Shown piece by piece: positions 47,534-57,125 of a DNA stretch of 64,000 nucleotides; within the stretch, counting starts at the first letter, position 1; each line of letters starts with the position of its first letter. The notes under the pieces are model-generated. The model saw only the letters and a program-made list of their open reading frames with translations. It ran no database searches and had not been told where the DNA came from. The position numbers and the translations under genes are program-made. The stretch lies in the IMG/VR virus record IMGVR_UViG_3300034358_000008, positions 186,001 to 250,000 of that record; one strand, given 5' to 3'.

Positions 47534-47941
47534 TCACTTAGCTTTGTGAGCTTCTTCACAGAAACCCAGCAGGCTCTTAATGTCCGACTCAAATCGATCG
47601 TCAGACGCGTAGTTCAACCAGCATGGTGTAAGCCGTTTAATGCGGTGAATTAACTTGGTGCTATCTGTATCCAACTTGTCGATGGTCGGGAGGTTTTTCC
47701 AGATCACCCCTGCGAACAACGTTGGAAGTTTCATGGCGTTAGAGTCATTCACCAAACACATATGCTGATTAAGTCGTGCTATTGCACCGCAATCATCAGT
47801 CTCGCATTTAGCTAACTGAGCATGCAATGAAGCCATTACACACATTCTTCGAAAACTTACGTCGCTTTGTAGCCACAACCAATTCCAGACCGCAGCTACA
47901 CGACCACGCAAGTACTCTCGGAATCTAGTAAATAGATTCAT
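47534..47941 (-). CDS. Hypothetical protein
   Basis: Directly downstream of RNase H. Confidence 0.7.
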   Translation of the reverse strand: MNLFTRFREYLRGRVAAVWNWLWLQSDVSFRRMCVMASLHAQLAKCETDDCGAIARLNQHMCLVNDSNAMKLPTLFAGVIWKNLPTIDKLDTDSTKLIHRIKRLTPCWLNYASDDRFESDIKSLLGFCEEAHKAK

Positions 47942-47951
47942 AAGTTACCCA

Positions 47952-49397
47952 CTATTTTTTAAACAAGAACTGTGCATAAGGTGCACTAAAGATAGCAGAA
48001 CCATCCTCCGTGACAAACACAGTTGAGTACGAATAGGCTAACGGTCCCAGTGGTGAAATCAACAGTTCGACTTTAACGCCCTCACTGGAAATCCGATTAA
48101 GCTGATTGCGAGACGGAATGTCGATACCGAGTACTAACTTGATATTGATAGGCCGACCCTTATACTTAACAGGAATGTCCATGTGCGGAGTATTTTGGGT
48201 AATTGATTTCTTTAGCTGAGTTACCGTCTTCTTACCTACGACCACTTCGTAAAAGTGTGAGGTAATGTCAATTACATCTACCGACGAACCAAGCTTTCCA
48301 GCCATGTATTCATTTAGACGTATCTCCATGGCGTTAAACTCACGGATACCATCATTAGCCATACGTGGTGGATTGAGTGTTCGACTAACCAACCCCATCT
48401 CAGGAGTTGCCAGTACGTAGATATCATCAAACTTCAGCAAGCCATCTGCACCCAACAACTCAATATTATTTCGTTGCCGAGCATTGCAAGCGTTAGCGAG
48501 GTTGATAATAGCTAGCTCTGGGTTCTCCGTGCCATAAACACTGGCATGAAGCTTTTGAATGTGCTCGAGATATTCATCGGGCTCATTCGCTTTGTACACG
48601 CAATAAGTCGCTTCGGCAATCCGTCTTCCAAAGAGCAGATCCGACTTAGCCAACTTATCCTTAGCTGTGTCTCGTGGTTTATGGCCAGCATTATGCATAC
48701 GACCAAGGTTATAGGTGTAGTAGTAGCCGTCAGGCTCTTTACCCGAGTTGATACCAAAGACCATTCGGGTTTCAAGAATCAACGGAGAAACCGCTATCTT
48801 CTTGAGCTTGTTGACTTTTGCACCATCCTGCTTAACTTCAACAGTCGCGTCTGGTGCACAACCACCACCACGGGCAGCGTTGACGTCGGCTTTATCGTTG
48901 CCTAAGTCGTTACTATGTCCCTTGATCCAGATCGCATTGTACTTGTAGCCACGTTCAACCCACTGCTTCTGTACTTCGAGCAGCTCGAGCCACAACTCTT
49001 TGTTCTCGCGTGGGGTCCCGTCCGCTTTCACCCAACCTTCTTTAACCCATTTCTGAACCCATTGAGTCATGCCCTTGCGAACATACTCAGAGTCCATACG
49101 GAAGACTAGGTTCTGCGCACCAGACTTAAGCGCGATACGGAAACCTTCAATAGCTGCTGTTAACTCAGCAGTGTTGTTAGTAGCCCGTCCTTCAACTCGT
49201 CCAAACGCATCGATATAATCTACGACCGTACAGGTCTCATCGAGCGGTACATCTTTATAACCCTCGCTGGTGGGTTGCTGCTTAGTAGCAGCCTTTGATT
49301 TCAACGGTTCGTCCTTAAACGTATAACCGTGAACTCCCCAGCCAGCTACGTTGTGACGGAATGACCCGTCCGTGTATAACACAATCCCATCACACAT
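47952..49397 (-). CDS. rnhA: Ribonuclease HI with C-terminal extension (phiKZ gp155-like)
   Basis: YTDGS; TNNTAEL; DSEYV; WIKGHS..GNDKAD. Confidence 0.9.
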   Translation of the reverse strand: MCDGIVLYTDGSFRHNVAGWGVHGYTFKDEPLKSKAATKQQPTSEGYKDVPLDETCTVVDYIDAFGRVEGRATNNTAELTAAIEGFRIALKSGAQNLVFRMDSEYVRKGMTQWVQKWVKEGWVKADGTPRENKELWLELLEVQKQWVERGYKYNAIWIKGHSNDLGNDKADVNAARGGGCAPDATVEVKQDGAKVNKLKKIAVSPLILETRMVFGINSGKEPDGYYYTYNLGRMHNAGHKPRDTAKDKLAKSDLLFGRRIAEATYCVYKANEPDEYLEHIQKLHASVYGTENPELAIINLANACNARQRNNIELLGADGLLKFDDIYVLATPEMGLVSRTLNPPRMANDGIREFNAMEIRLNEYMAGKLGSSVDVIDITSHFYEVVVGKKTVTQLKKSITQNTPHMDIPVKYKGRPINIKLVLGIDIPSRNQLNRISSEGVKVELLISPLGPLAYSYSTVFVTEDGSAIFSAPYAQFLFKK

Positions 49398-49433
49398 CGA
49401 TAATACCTCGTTCAGAATTCACTAGATCATTAA

Positions 49434-49871
49434 CTAGTCTAGTAATTTCTGCTTACAGGATTCCATCCACCTAAGGTGGGCTTGCTCAACTTTGGAATGC
49501 ATGTTATCGATATATGTTTGAAGCTTGCCGATATGGTTACCCAATACGACGTCCAGTTCATCAGAGTCTTTGGCAACAGCCATCATCTCATCAGTAAGGA
49601 ATTCTGGAATAGCTTCACGGGGAAGGGTAAAAGCTCCGCAAGCAGCTAACGAGCGCTGAGTACTTGGCAACGGTGCTTTCGACACTACCCGTTCCGATAC
49701 CTCATTCGTTTGTTTTGTCACGGCAGACTCGTGTGAGTCGACTGTGGAGGATGATTCATAATGAACCACCGTTGTACTCGGTTGCGAAACGTATGTTGGT
49801 GCATAAATCATGCACGCAGAAAGAGCTAAGCATACGGGTGCAAGAAAGAAAAATCTAAACATGTGGTCCAT
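49434..49871 (-). CDS. Putative lipoprotein
   Basis: Hydrophobic signal with lipobox LSA-C. Confidence 0.65.
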   Translation of the reverse strand: MDHMFRFFFLAPVCLALSACMIYAPTYVSQPSTTVVHYESSSTVDSHESAVTKQTNEVSERVVSKAPLPSTQRSLAACGAFTLPREAIPEFLTDEMMAVAKDSDELDVVLGNHIGKLQTYIDNMHSKVEQAHLRWMESCKQKLLD

Positions 49872-49886
49872 TTTCCCATATCGGTT

Positions 49887-50171
49887 TTATTTCAGAATGT
49901 CACCTAGTAGTTTACGACGATCGATCAGACTTTTGGTCTTAGGAACTTCGCAGACTAGGGCCGAGTGCTCGCGCAACCGGACGTTCTCTGACTTAACTAC
50001 GCTCAACTCAATAATCGCGTTCATGAATGCAAGGAACATAAGTACCAAGCAAGCATTCACCACGGTAATGTGTTTATTAGCCAGCACAACTTCTTTAATA
50101 GTGCGGTCCCCGAAAAGAGCACGTTTCAAGAAGGGCCAAAATAGGAGCAAGGCTTTGATAGCTAAACTCAC
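49887..50171 (-). CDS. Small membrane protein
   Basis: GAGGA RBS, GTG start; hydrophobic helices followed by a short coiled coil. Confidence 0.65.
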   Translation of the reverse strand: MSLAIKALLLFWPFLKRALFGDRTIKEVVLANKHITVVNACLVLMFLAFMNAIIELSVVKSENVRLREHSALVCEVPKTKSLIDRRKLLGDILK

Positions 50172-50359
50172 CGGAATATCCTCAGGTCAGTAATAAACTA
50201 AGCCTACCCATTGAACCGTAAAGGCAGAAGTATAGACTTGATGACAGTATTCGTGATACATTGCATACCACTATACCCGACGATTTATGTTAGCACAAGT
50301 AGAATGACAGATTCTATAGATGGTAGACCATCCAAAAGCTCTACTCGTGAGGATAGCAA

Positions 50360-51667
50360 ATGTACGAATTAAAAGGTTTCTATGAGATCGCAGCGTTTAT
50401 TAACAACGCTACTGATCAAACGGCTCTACTCGGTGAGATCTCCGATAACAGCCTTACCTATGCAAAAGACAAATCCATCCTGACCGGGTCGTCCACCCCA
50501 AGCGTGGGTCTTATCTCATTTCATAGCGTAAGGGACGAAACAGTCGTTCAGGTCACAGGTAATTATCTGGACCAGAGCCTGAAACTGGGTCAGTATCTTT
50601 ATGATCAGGCAGTAGCTGGTGTTATCACAAATAACCCTACAGCTCTTCGTCAAATGGTCATGGCAGAATTCAACGGTATCATCGACACCTTTACTTCAGG
50701 TGTAATGAAGAACAACGGTCAGGTGTGGATGCCTGAGTACGTAGAATTCAAACTGGTTGGTGTTGAAGACAACCGCATCATTATCTGGCTGGCTGACGAT
50801 TCGTTTGCTGCTCAGTACGATGGTTACATCATCAAGGTGATTCAACCCATCTTGCCTGTGGATGATTTCTTCAAAGACCCATTGATCGTTAAAGGTCTAT
50901 TGGATGCTTACAGTGTCGTTGAGAAACTGGAAGAAGCTCAAGCCGAACGGGCACAGTACCCGTACACTCATTTGCGTGCATTCGAGTTTGACTATGTTAA
51001 CCCAGTTAACAATACTCAACGCTGGCCTGCTAAGTGGATCGTACTGATCTACGGTGAAGCTGGTAACAACCCTGACTTGATCAAGGACGCTATCGTAAAA
51101 GATATCCTTGAACAATCGACTCGTCCACGTGAGGACTGGGAAGTTATCCTACCTGATTTGTTTCTGACTACCGAATTCATCTTTACTCCAATCTGGACTA
51201 AGTATTCGGTACCCAACGCTGACTTCCGTTCTGGTATCTATTCGCCAATCTACGATCCAAACACAGATCTTAAACTGATCCTGCGTACGGCACGTGGTCC
51301 AGCTTATACTGAGACCTATGTACGGTCTAACTACCAGTCGGGTGTTAACATCTATAAGTCTTTGGCTTTCGGTGTTATCGGTAACCCACAGAACCGTAAT
51401 GGTATCCGCAAGCTGACTCAGAAATACCCGGAGTATCTGGTTGCTGAAGTGGGTAGTGGTGATGCTAACCGTGTTGACCCTGAAACCTTGGAATGGATGA
51501 TGATTTTCTCGAAGCTTATTAAAGCTGCTGAAACCATGACCCAGTACACCTCGGTTCCTCAAGGTGTCTCCCGGATGAAACGTGATGGGATTGTGTATGC
51601 TTCGGCATTCTTCAAGAACGTCAACTATCTGGTGACTGCTAAGTCTTCGGTCGAAGCGATTGTTTAA
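50360..51667 (+). CDS. Virion structural protein (phiKZ gp157-like)
   Basis: MYELKGF..GEIS..SLTYAKD; IYGEAGNN; GAGGA RBS. Confidence 0.75.
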   Translation: MYELKGFYEIAAFINNATDQTALLGEISDNSLTYAKDKSILTGSSTPSVGLISFHSVRDETVVQVTGNYLDQSLKLGQYLYDQAVAGVITNNPTALRQMVMAEFNGIIDTFTSGVMKNNGQVWMPEYVEFKLVGVEDNRIIIWLADDSFAAQYDGYIIKVIQPILPVDDFFKDPLIVKGLLDAYSVVEKLEEAQAERAQYPYTHLRAFEFDYVNPVNNTQRWPAKWIVLIYGEAGNNPDLIKDAIVKDILEQSTRPREDWEVILPDLFLTTEFIFTPIWTKYSVPNADFRSGIYSPIYDPNTDLKLILRTARGPAYTETYVRSNYQSGVNIYKSLAFGVIGNPQNRNGIRKLTQKYPEYLVAEVGSGDANRVDPETLEWMMIFSKLIKAAETMTQYTSVPQGVSRMKRDGIVYASAFFKNVNYLVTAKSSVEAIV

Positions 51668-51671
51668 AACT

Positions 51672-51696
51672 AAGGAGAGGGAAACCTCTCCTTTTT
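51672..51696 (+). terminator. Intrinsic terminator
   Basis: AAGGAGAGG-GAAA-CCTCTCCTT then TTT. Confidence 0.7.
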
Positions 51697-51710
51697 ATAA
51701 CGGGGTTAAC

Positions 51711-52187
51711 ATGCTATACACAGATATCGATTATTTAGCCATGACATACGGCGCAGATAAATGGCAGTTGGTATTAGACCGCATCAATATCAATCATCCA
51801 ACTCTTCAGTTCACCAAAGCTAACTGTAAACTGTTAAAGAGTATGCCTTACGGTGATACAGCTAAACCTCTGTTGGGGTACTTGCAGATCCAAAAGGGTG
51901 AGGCCACTTACGAGTTCCTCTATGGTCGACACAACATCAGTGACGTTGCTTCGGGTAAGCCTGTACTGACTACTGCTGATAAGACGGCATTAAAGGCTAT
52001 GAATACCTCTGAAGCCATGTTGGATTACATTGCCAAGAAATGGAACGTAGCTTTTACCTCTGATGATTTCTGGGTGAGTCCTAACTCCAAGGATTACACC
52101 GGTGGTACTACGCAACCTAATTGGTTGATGAAATCACAATACAGTGCCTTGGGTTGGTGGGGCGAGATGATCGTGCATTTACACTGA
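51711..52187 (+). CDS. Putative virion protein
   Basis: Likely ATG 51711 after the terminator; FLYGRHNI family-like motif. Confidence 0.7.
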   Translation: MLYTDIDYLAMTYGADKWQLVLDRININHPTLQFTKANCKLLKSMPYGDTAKPLLGYLQIQKGEATYEFLYGRHNISDVASGKPVLTTADKTALKAMNTSEAMLDYIAKKWNVAFTSDDFWVSPNSKDYTGGTTQPNWLMKSQYSALGWWGEMIVHLH

Positions 52188-52225
52188 GGTCCCTAATCTT
52201 ATAACTGACACCAAAGGGCCTTAAG

Positions 52226-52846
52226 ATGGCAAACAACATTATCCCAGCCGTGGGTACTCGGGGGCGGTTCACCCTAAAGGAACCTTTTGCCGCGGCAATG
52301 ACTCCGAATACCTTGTACACCATGACCGCTGTTCGACGGTTTGATGAGATTGAGACCTTGGGTCAAAACATCTTTGAACTGTTTTATAAGCCGTTCCTGT
52401 TAACTGAGCAAGACGTAGCAACTGATCGCTCTGCCGGTGCAATGCTGATCACTTTGATGGCAACGGACTCTCGTCCTTTATATGTACCATCGTCCTATGT
52501 CCAGTTCCCCGATCTAGCTTACAAACCTTACAACCAATACATCATGGTTCTTAGTGTCGGTCCTCTCCCAGAGGATACTCTGTTTGACCCCACTATTAAT
52601 GCCTTAAAGAATACTTGCAGCGATTTCCTAGGTGTACAACCAGAAATCAACGTAGCATTCATGCCGCTCTCCGACGTGATTACTCCTGAAGAGAACGATA
52701 ACCGTGAGGCTGCTAGGCAGGGTGCTATCTCTAACCGAGCTACCGATTATGCTCGGCTCTACGAGGCACAAGCTACTATCGCTTTGCTGTCTCAGCGAAA
52801 CGCAATCCTTGAGAAGATCGTCAAAGACAACGGTCTACTCCCTTGA
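52226..52846 (+). CDS. Conserved phiKZ-like hypothetical/virion protein
   Basis: G.F.LKEPF and YVPSSY motifs; C-terminal coiled coil. Confidence 0.75.
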   Translation: MANNIIPAVGTRGRFTLKEPFAAAMTPNTLYTMTAVRRFDEIETLGQNIFELFYKPFLLTEQDVATDRSAGAMLITLMATDSRPLYVPSSYVQFPDLAYKPYNQYIMVLSVGPLPEDTLFDPTINALKNTCSDFLGVQPEINVAFMPLSDVITPEENDNREAARQGAISNRATDYARLYEAQATIALLSQRNAILEKIVKDNGLLP

Positions 52847-52892
52847 CAACCTTATGTAGAACTAACCACCCCTTCTCTTACTGGAGTAAGAT

Positions 52893-54722
52893 ATGTCACG
52901 CGTAAACGTATTCTCGATGGTTCAATCCATCTCCAAAGAAAGCATCTCCACCCCGAACGTAGACAACGTTACACTGGATGCTAAGAAAGACATCCCGTCT
53001 AATGCTGTTAATGATCCTAAACCACTCGAGGCAGATGACCTGTCGAAAGCTGATGCTACCAACACCAAGACTACCGAACCGGGTCCAGACAATGGCGGTG
53101 GTGATGGTACTGCACAAACTGTAGACGTAAAGACTGCTACCACTAGTATGGATGTCAGTGACGTTAACAAGAACCTGACTCGTGATCAGAACGGTGGTCG
53201 TGATATCGATACCCTGCCTAGTCAAGTCAGTGCCAAAGACGGTCTGTCTAAGAGCGACGTTTCTACTTCCGTAGAAGACCACTCCGAAGAAGGCAAAGAA
53301 GGTGGTGAGAATGCTGAAGCTAGTGATCTGACAACCATCGATGCTTCTGGCGCAGAAGAGATTGATAAAGCTGACAACCTGATCATGGACTTGGATGGTG
53401 AAGAACTCGAAGTTACCGGTATGACCGATGCTTCCGAATCTAAGCTGGCTGAGCTGGACTCCGTTGCTGCTAAAGCTGACTCCCTGAGTAAAGCCACTGC
53501 TACCGTTGAGAAGTATCACGGTCTGATGGTACAGATGCACAAAGAAGGTCGCTATATGTCGGATGAACTCCGTCAGACGATCTCGTGGGCGCTGGAAGAC
53601 ATTGACTCCCAGATGTTCCTCCCTGAGCGTGTTGCTCTGGAATCCTTTAACCCTAAATCGCGTGTATCGTTGGAAGCTACCGGCATGTCCGCTACTACCG
53701 GTGGTGCTCGTTCCGGCACTATCGATGATGGCGCAGATCCAGGTGAAGTCTCCAAAGGTCTGGGTGGCAAACTCAAGAAGATGTTTGAAGCCGGCGTTAA
53801 GATCTTCTGGCGTGTTGTCAACATGGTTAATGACCTGCTGACTAACCTCGCTCAAGACACAGGTAAGATTAAGCAACACTTGGTTGACCTGCGTAAGCGT
53901 GTAAACGTTCTTGAAGGTGGTGTGAAGTTCACCATGAAGAACCCACAACGTCTGATGATTGGTGACGAGTTCGTAGGCGATTCCTCGAATGCTATTACCA
54001 AGGTTAGTAAAGTCGCTCAAGAACTCCTGATGAACTGGCCTAATGCATTGGCTAAGATCATCGAAGACTGGAAAGGCGCACGTGGCATTTTCGGTAACCA
54101 TGGCGGGGAAGCTTTGGGTGCTGTAATCGGTGGGCTGGATACTGCTCTGGATCGTGCATTCCGTAGCTTCGATACTTTGAACCCAGGTGACAAGGCTAAA
54201 GTGCCGTCTGGTTTCCTGAGTGTAGATCGTCTGAACTGGACTGGTCCATTGCCGGGTAACATGGCTCTGTACGCTGGTACCATTAAACCTAAGACCAAGG
54301 GTGTTGTGGCTCAAGGTATGGATCAAGCTGTTAATGGTGTCACGATTGACTTCAGTCTGATTCCAGGTGGCGAGACTCGTTCTAATGATACTGCTGTAAC
54401 TACTCTGTCTGCTGGTGAAGCTGTATCGGTTATCCGTGAACTTGAGAAACTGTGTGGTTTCATTCAAGATGCCAAAGAAGGCATGCGTTCACTGAAGACC
54501 TTCACTGACGGTGCTAACCAAGCAGCCTTCATGGATCTGTTCCTCGGTATGGGTGGTGGCGAAGGCCAAGTAGCGGGTATCATGGTTATGGGTATTGCTA
54601 AAACCTCTACCGAATCCCAGCATCGCTTCTTGGGTTACCTGATCAACATGATCAAAGCCTACATCGGTTTCCTCGAAGCTTCGCTCAAAGCTGAAGCCAG
54701 TGGCGATACCATCGACGCCTAA
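52893..54722 (+). CDS. Inner-head protein (phiKZ gp162-like)
   Basis: Long acidic propeptide with SVE/ALE/SLE sites; LPGN motif; TATG upstream. Confidence 0.75.
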   Translation: MSRVNVFSMVQSISKESISTPNVDNVTLDAKKDIPSNAVNDPKPLEADDLSKADATNTKTTEPGPDNGGGDGTAQTVDVKTATTSMDVSDVNKNLTRDQNGGRDIDTLPSQVSAKDGLSKSDVSTSVEDHSEEGKEGGENAEASDLTTIDASGAEEIDKADNLIMDLDGEELEVTGMTDASESKLAELDSVAAKADSLSKATATVEKYHGLMVQMHKEGRYMSDELRQTISWALEDIDSQMFLPERVALESFNPKSRVSLEATGMSATTGGARSGTIDDGADPGEVSKGLGGKLKKMFEAGVKIFWRVVNMVNDLLTNLAQDTGKIKQHLVDLRKRVNVLEGGVKFTMKNPQRLMIGDEFVGDSSNAITKVSKVAQELLMNWPNALAKIIEDWKGARGIFGNHGGEALGAVIGGLDTALDRAFRSFDTLNPGDKAKVPSGFLSVDRLNWTGPLPGNMALYAGTIKPKTKGVVAQGMDQAVNGVTIDFSLIPGGETRSNDTAVTTLSAGEAVSVIRELEKLCGFIQDAKEGMRSLKTFTDGANQAAFMDLFLGMGGGEGQVAGIMVMGIAKTSTESQHRFLGYLINMIKAYIGFLEASLKAEASGDTIDA

Positions 54723-55933
54723 TGAGGAAGTACCACATGAACCCAACATCTGAATTGAAGCCTGTGCTTGAGAATTGGGACAAGGTGGTACGACTCAATC
54801 AATCCTTGGAACGCTATGAACAACTCTTAGCGGGTAAGGAGCGAGCGAGTGACGACATCGCATTTGTAATGAGTACTGCTCTTGAGAACATCGACCCTGA
54901 GTTCGATATCAAAGAGGGTAGTGCCATTACACTGCGTGCAATTAAGGAAGCCATCTCTGCCGGAGCTAATGCGGCATGGAAGATCATTAAACAGATCTGG
55001 CAATTCCTTAACGCGATGTACATCAAGTTTACTGGTAGTATCCGTCGGGTACGTCGTAATCAGGAAAACACTACACGTCGATTGGGTAAGCTAGGATCTA
55101 AAACTACCTTGCATTCCAAAATGTCTGTAGCAGGTGTACAACGATTGTCGGTAGACGGTAAATTCATGGGTGTTGAGCAAAGTGCCATTGAGGACATTAA
55201 GCAAGTCACCAATTATTGCCTGAACATCTATCCGAAAGCTGTTACACAGATCGCTCGAAATTGCAGTCGTAAGTTCCTTAACATTCTCGAAGAATCTGCT
55301 GGTCAAGATCGTCAGCAAACAGCGCAAGCTGTTGTCGAAACATTCATCGAAGTATTCCAAGCTAATTTCCGTGGACCTCCAGGGGCAACGGCGATGAAGA
55401 CTGGTGAGATGGCTGGAGTAGATCCAAAGAACCATAGACGTAGTGACCTGCTAGTTGGCAACACTGCATTTATCTACATGTCTCCAGAAGGTATGTCAGC
55501 CACACTCCGTGCTGGTAAGACCGATCCTGCTGAAGTTGTAGGCTCTAGTTTCTTCATGCACTTCACTGAACTCCAGATGAACGTTGCTGATAAATCGGAG
55601 CGTGAGATTGATATCCCATCTGTAAAAGAATTGACTCTTTTGACTGAAGAGATTTCTCGTGTACTGACCTTGGCTGAGAAAGCTGAGTCTGGTCGCAAAG
55701 ACTTCGATACTGTCAAGACTGTGGTAGATGATTCTATTCGTCAGATTATGGAAAAGGCAGATACGGGTGAAACCGTTCCAGCTTCTAACCTAGTACTCCA
55801 GATCACTGGGGAGATTTCCAAGAAGCTCGCTGAGCCACTGGATAACTTCACTCATTGGTTGGCCATTACACTGAACGTTTGGCTTACATTCATTAACCAC
55901 TGTATCGATCACTACGAGACAGAAGGCGTTTAA
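54722..55933 (+). CDS. Inner-head protein (phiKZ gp163-like)
   Basis: SLE/ALE sites; LVGN motif; paralogous layout to the upstream gene. Confidence 0.7.
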   Translation: MRKYHMNPTSELKPVLENWDKVVRLNQSLERYEQLLAGKERASDDIAFVMSTALENIDPEFDIKEGSAITLRAIKEAISAGANAAWKIIKQIWQFLNAMYIKFTGSIRRVRRNQENTTRRLGKLGSKTTLHSKMSVAGVQRLSVDGKFMGVEQSAIEDIKQVTNYCLNIYPKAVTQIARNCSRKFLNILEESAGQDRQQTAQAVVETFIEVFQANFRGPPGATAMKTGEMAGVDPKNHRRSDLLVGNTAFIYMSPEGMSATLRAGKTDPAEVVGSSFFMHFTELQMNVADKSEREIDIPSVKELTLLTEEISRVLTLAEKAESGRKDFDTVKTVVDDSIRQIMEKADTGETVPASNLVLQITGEISKKLAEPLDNFTHWLAITLNVWLTFINHCIDHYETEGV

Positions 55934-55936
55934 CGA

Positions 55937-55968
55937 CATATTGCCCTCCCGTTGGGGAGGGCTTTATG
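55937..55968. terminator. CATA...TATG hairpin between convergent genes
   Basis: GCCCTCCC-GTTG-GGGAGGGC. Confidence 0.75.
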
Positions 55969-55971
55969 CTG

Positions 55972-56238
55972 TCATGCACTAACGGTTAGATTAGGGCGAC
56001 CTGTAGCTACATCATTACAACTGGCTCTGGAACCTGCGTAGCAAACTGGAATACCGTTAATGAACAATCCAACTGAACCTGTTTGCATTACGGCAGATCT
56101 GTGAGGACCACTACCATGGTCGTTGATAGTGCATCCCACTACTGCTAATGGTTGACCATTATAGGTAACCCCTATATTAGGACCAACCTGAATCAACCCT
56201 CCAGCTGAATCCATATTACACACTGCAATACCCGGCAT
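55972..56238 (-). CDS. PAAR-repeat spike tip protein
   Basis: [10 protein letters not shown] and [15 protein letters not shown]-like motifs with His/Cys ligands; follows the spike gene. Confidence 0.85.
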   Translation of the reverse strand: MPGIAVCNMDSAGGLIQVGPNIGVTYNGQPLAVVGCTINDHGSGPHRSAVMQTGSVGLFINGIPVCYAGSRASCNDVATGRPNLTVSA

Positions 56239-56241
56239 AGA

Positions 56242-57066
56242 TCACCCAATAATGAAATCCCACTTAGCAGCCTTGACCGTACCTTGAGAGGTTTGGATAT
56301 TAAACTGAGTCGACTTCATAGTAGTAGTCGTTGTTTGTGTGGTGATAGCGTCAGGTGTTAATTCCATCACTGTACCACCCACCGTAAACTTAATAGAACG
56401 ATCTGCTTTAAGATCGATCATCTGCTTTTGAATTTGTACAAAGCTTTTATCAGCGTTCTGTAGTTTAAGGCGTGTCTCTTTAGAGTTCAACTCAAAGTAG
56501 TTACCCACGTCGTCTTGCATGCCGATCAGGCCATCTTTGGTATTGATTTGGAATGTGTACGCATAGGGTTCTTTGTTAGCCTTGGTCGTCTGGATTGTAA
56601 TGTGCCCATCGATTGGAGAGAAGGTCATCGTGTAACATTTGCTGAAGTCTACACCTGACCCACCCACAGCTGGGCTAGCACCGAAAGCCAGTACAACATG
56701 CTCTAAGGTACGTAGACCATTACGGAAACCCATACAGCGCCAGAAGTATTGACTGGTGTTAGCCAACCGATAGATAGCTACCAGCTCACCACGTCTTACA
56801 TCGGGTGGAGTTGCACGGTTATCTTCATGTGGCAGCCAGTCGCATTCTAGATCACGAGTTGCTGTACCTTTAACCTCGTAAGAGTTACCGTCTTTATCAA
56901 TCCCCTTCATGATACTTTCAACAGGGTTGTGTGTTACTTCCCCGTCAGTAGCGGAAGCAGACTCTACTGGGAGAGCTTGAATTTTACGACTGTCACGAGC
57001 TTTGTTGATCGTCACATAACCTACGCTAAAGAACACTAACGAGGATACCATTTCATCACTTTTCAT
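56242..57066 (-). CDS. Baseplate central spike (phiKZ gp164-like)
   Basis: N-terminal OB-like region (TPPDVRRGE) and beta-strand-repeat C-terminus; adjacent to PAAR. Confidence 0.75.
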   Translation of the reverse strand: MKSDEMVSSLVFFSVGYVTINKARDSRKIQALPVESASATDGEVTHNPVESIMKGIDKDGNSYEVKGTATRDLECDWLPHEDNRATPPDVRRGELVAIYRLANTSQYFWRCMGFRNGLRTLEHVVLAFGASPAVGGSGVDFSKCYTMTFSPIDGHITIQTTKANKEPYAYTFQINTKDGLIGMQDDVGNYFELNSKETRLKLQNADKSFVQIQKQMIDLKADRSIKFTVGGTVMELTPDAITTQTTTTTMKSTQFNIQTSQGTVKAAKWDFIIG

Positions 57067-57125
57067 AGTCCACCATTTATTTACTTGAATGTCTGTATCT
57101 ATAGGATTAATTAAGGATTGCTGCT

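Noticed and set aside
25004-52857. Individual late promoters at TATG upstream of structural genes (e.g. near 25004, 35924, 37329, 46526, 52854)
   Set aside because: They are consistent with the phiKZ late consensus, but a 4-mer is too weak to call individually without TSS data.
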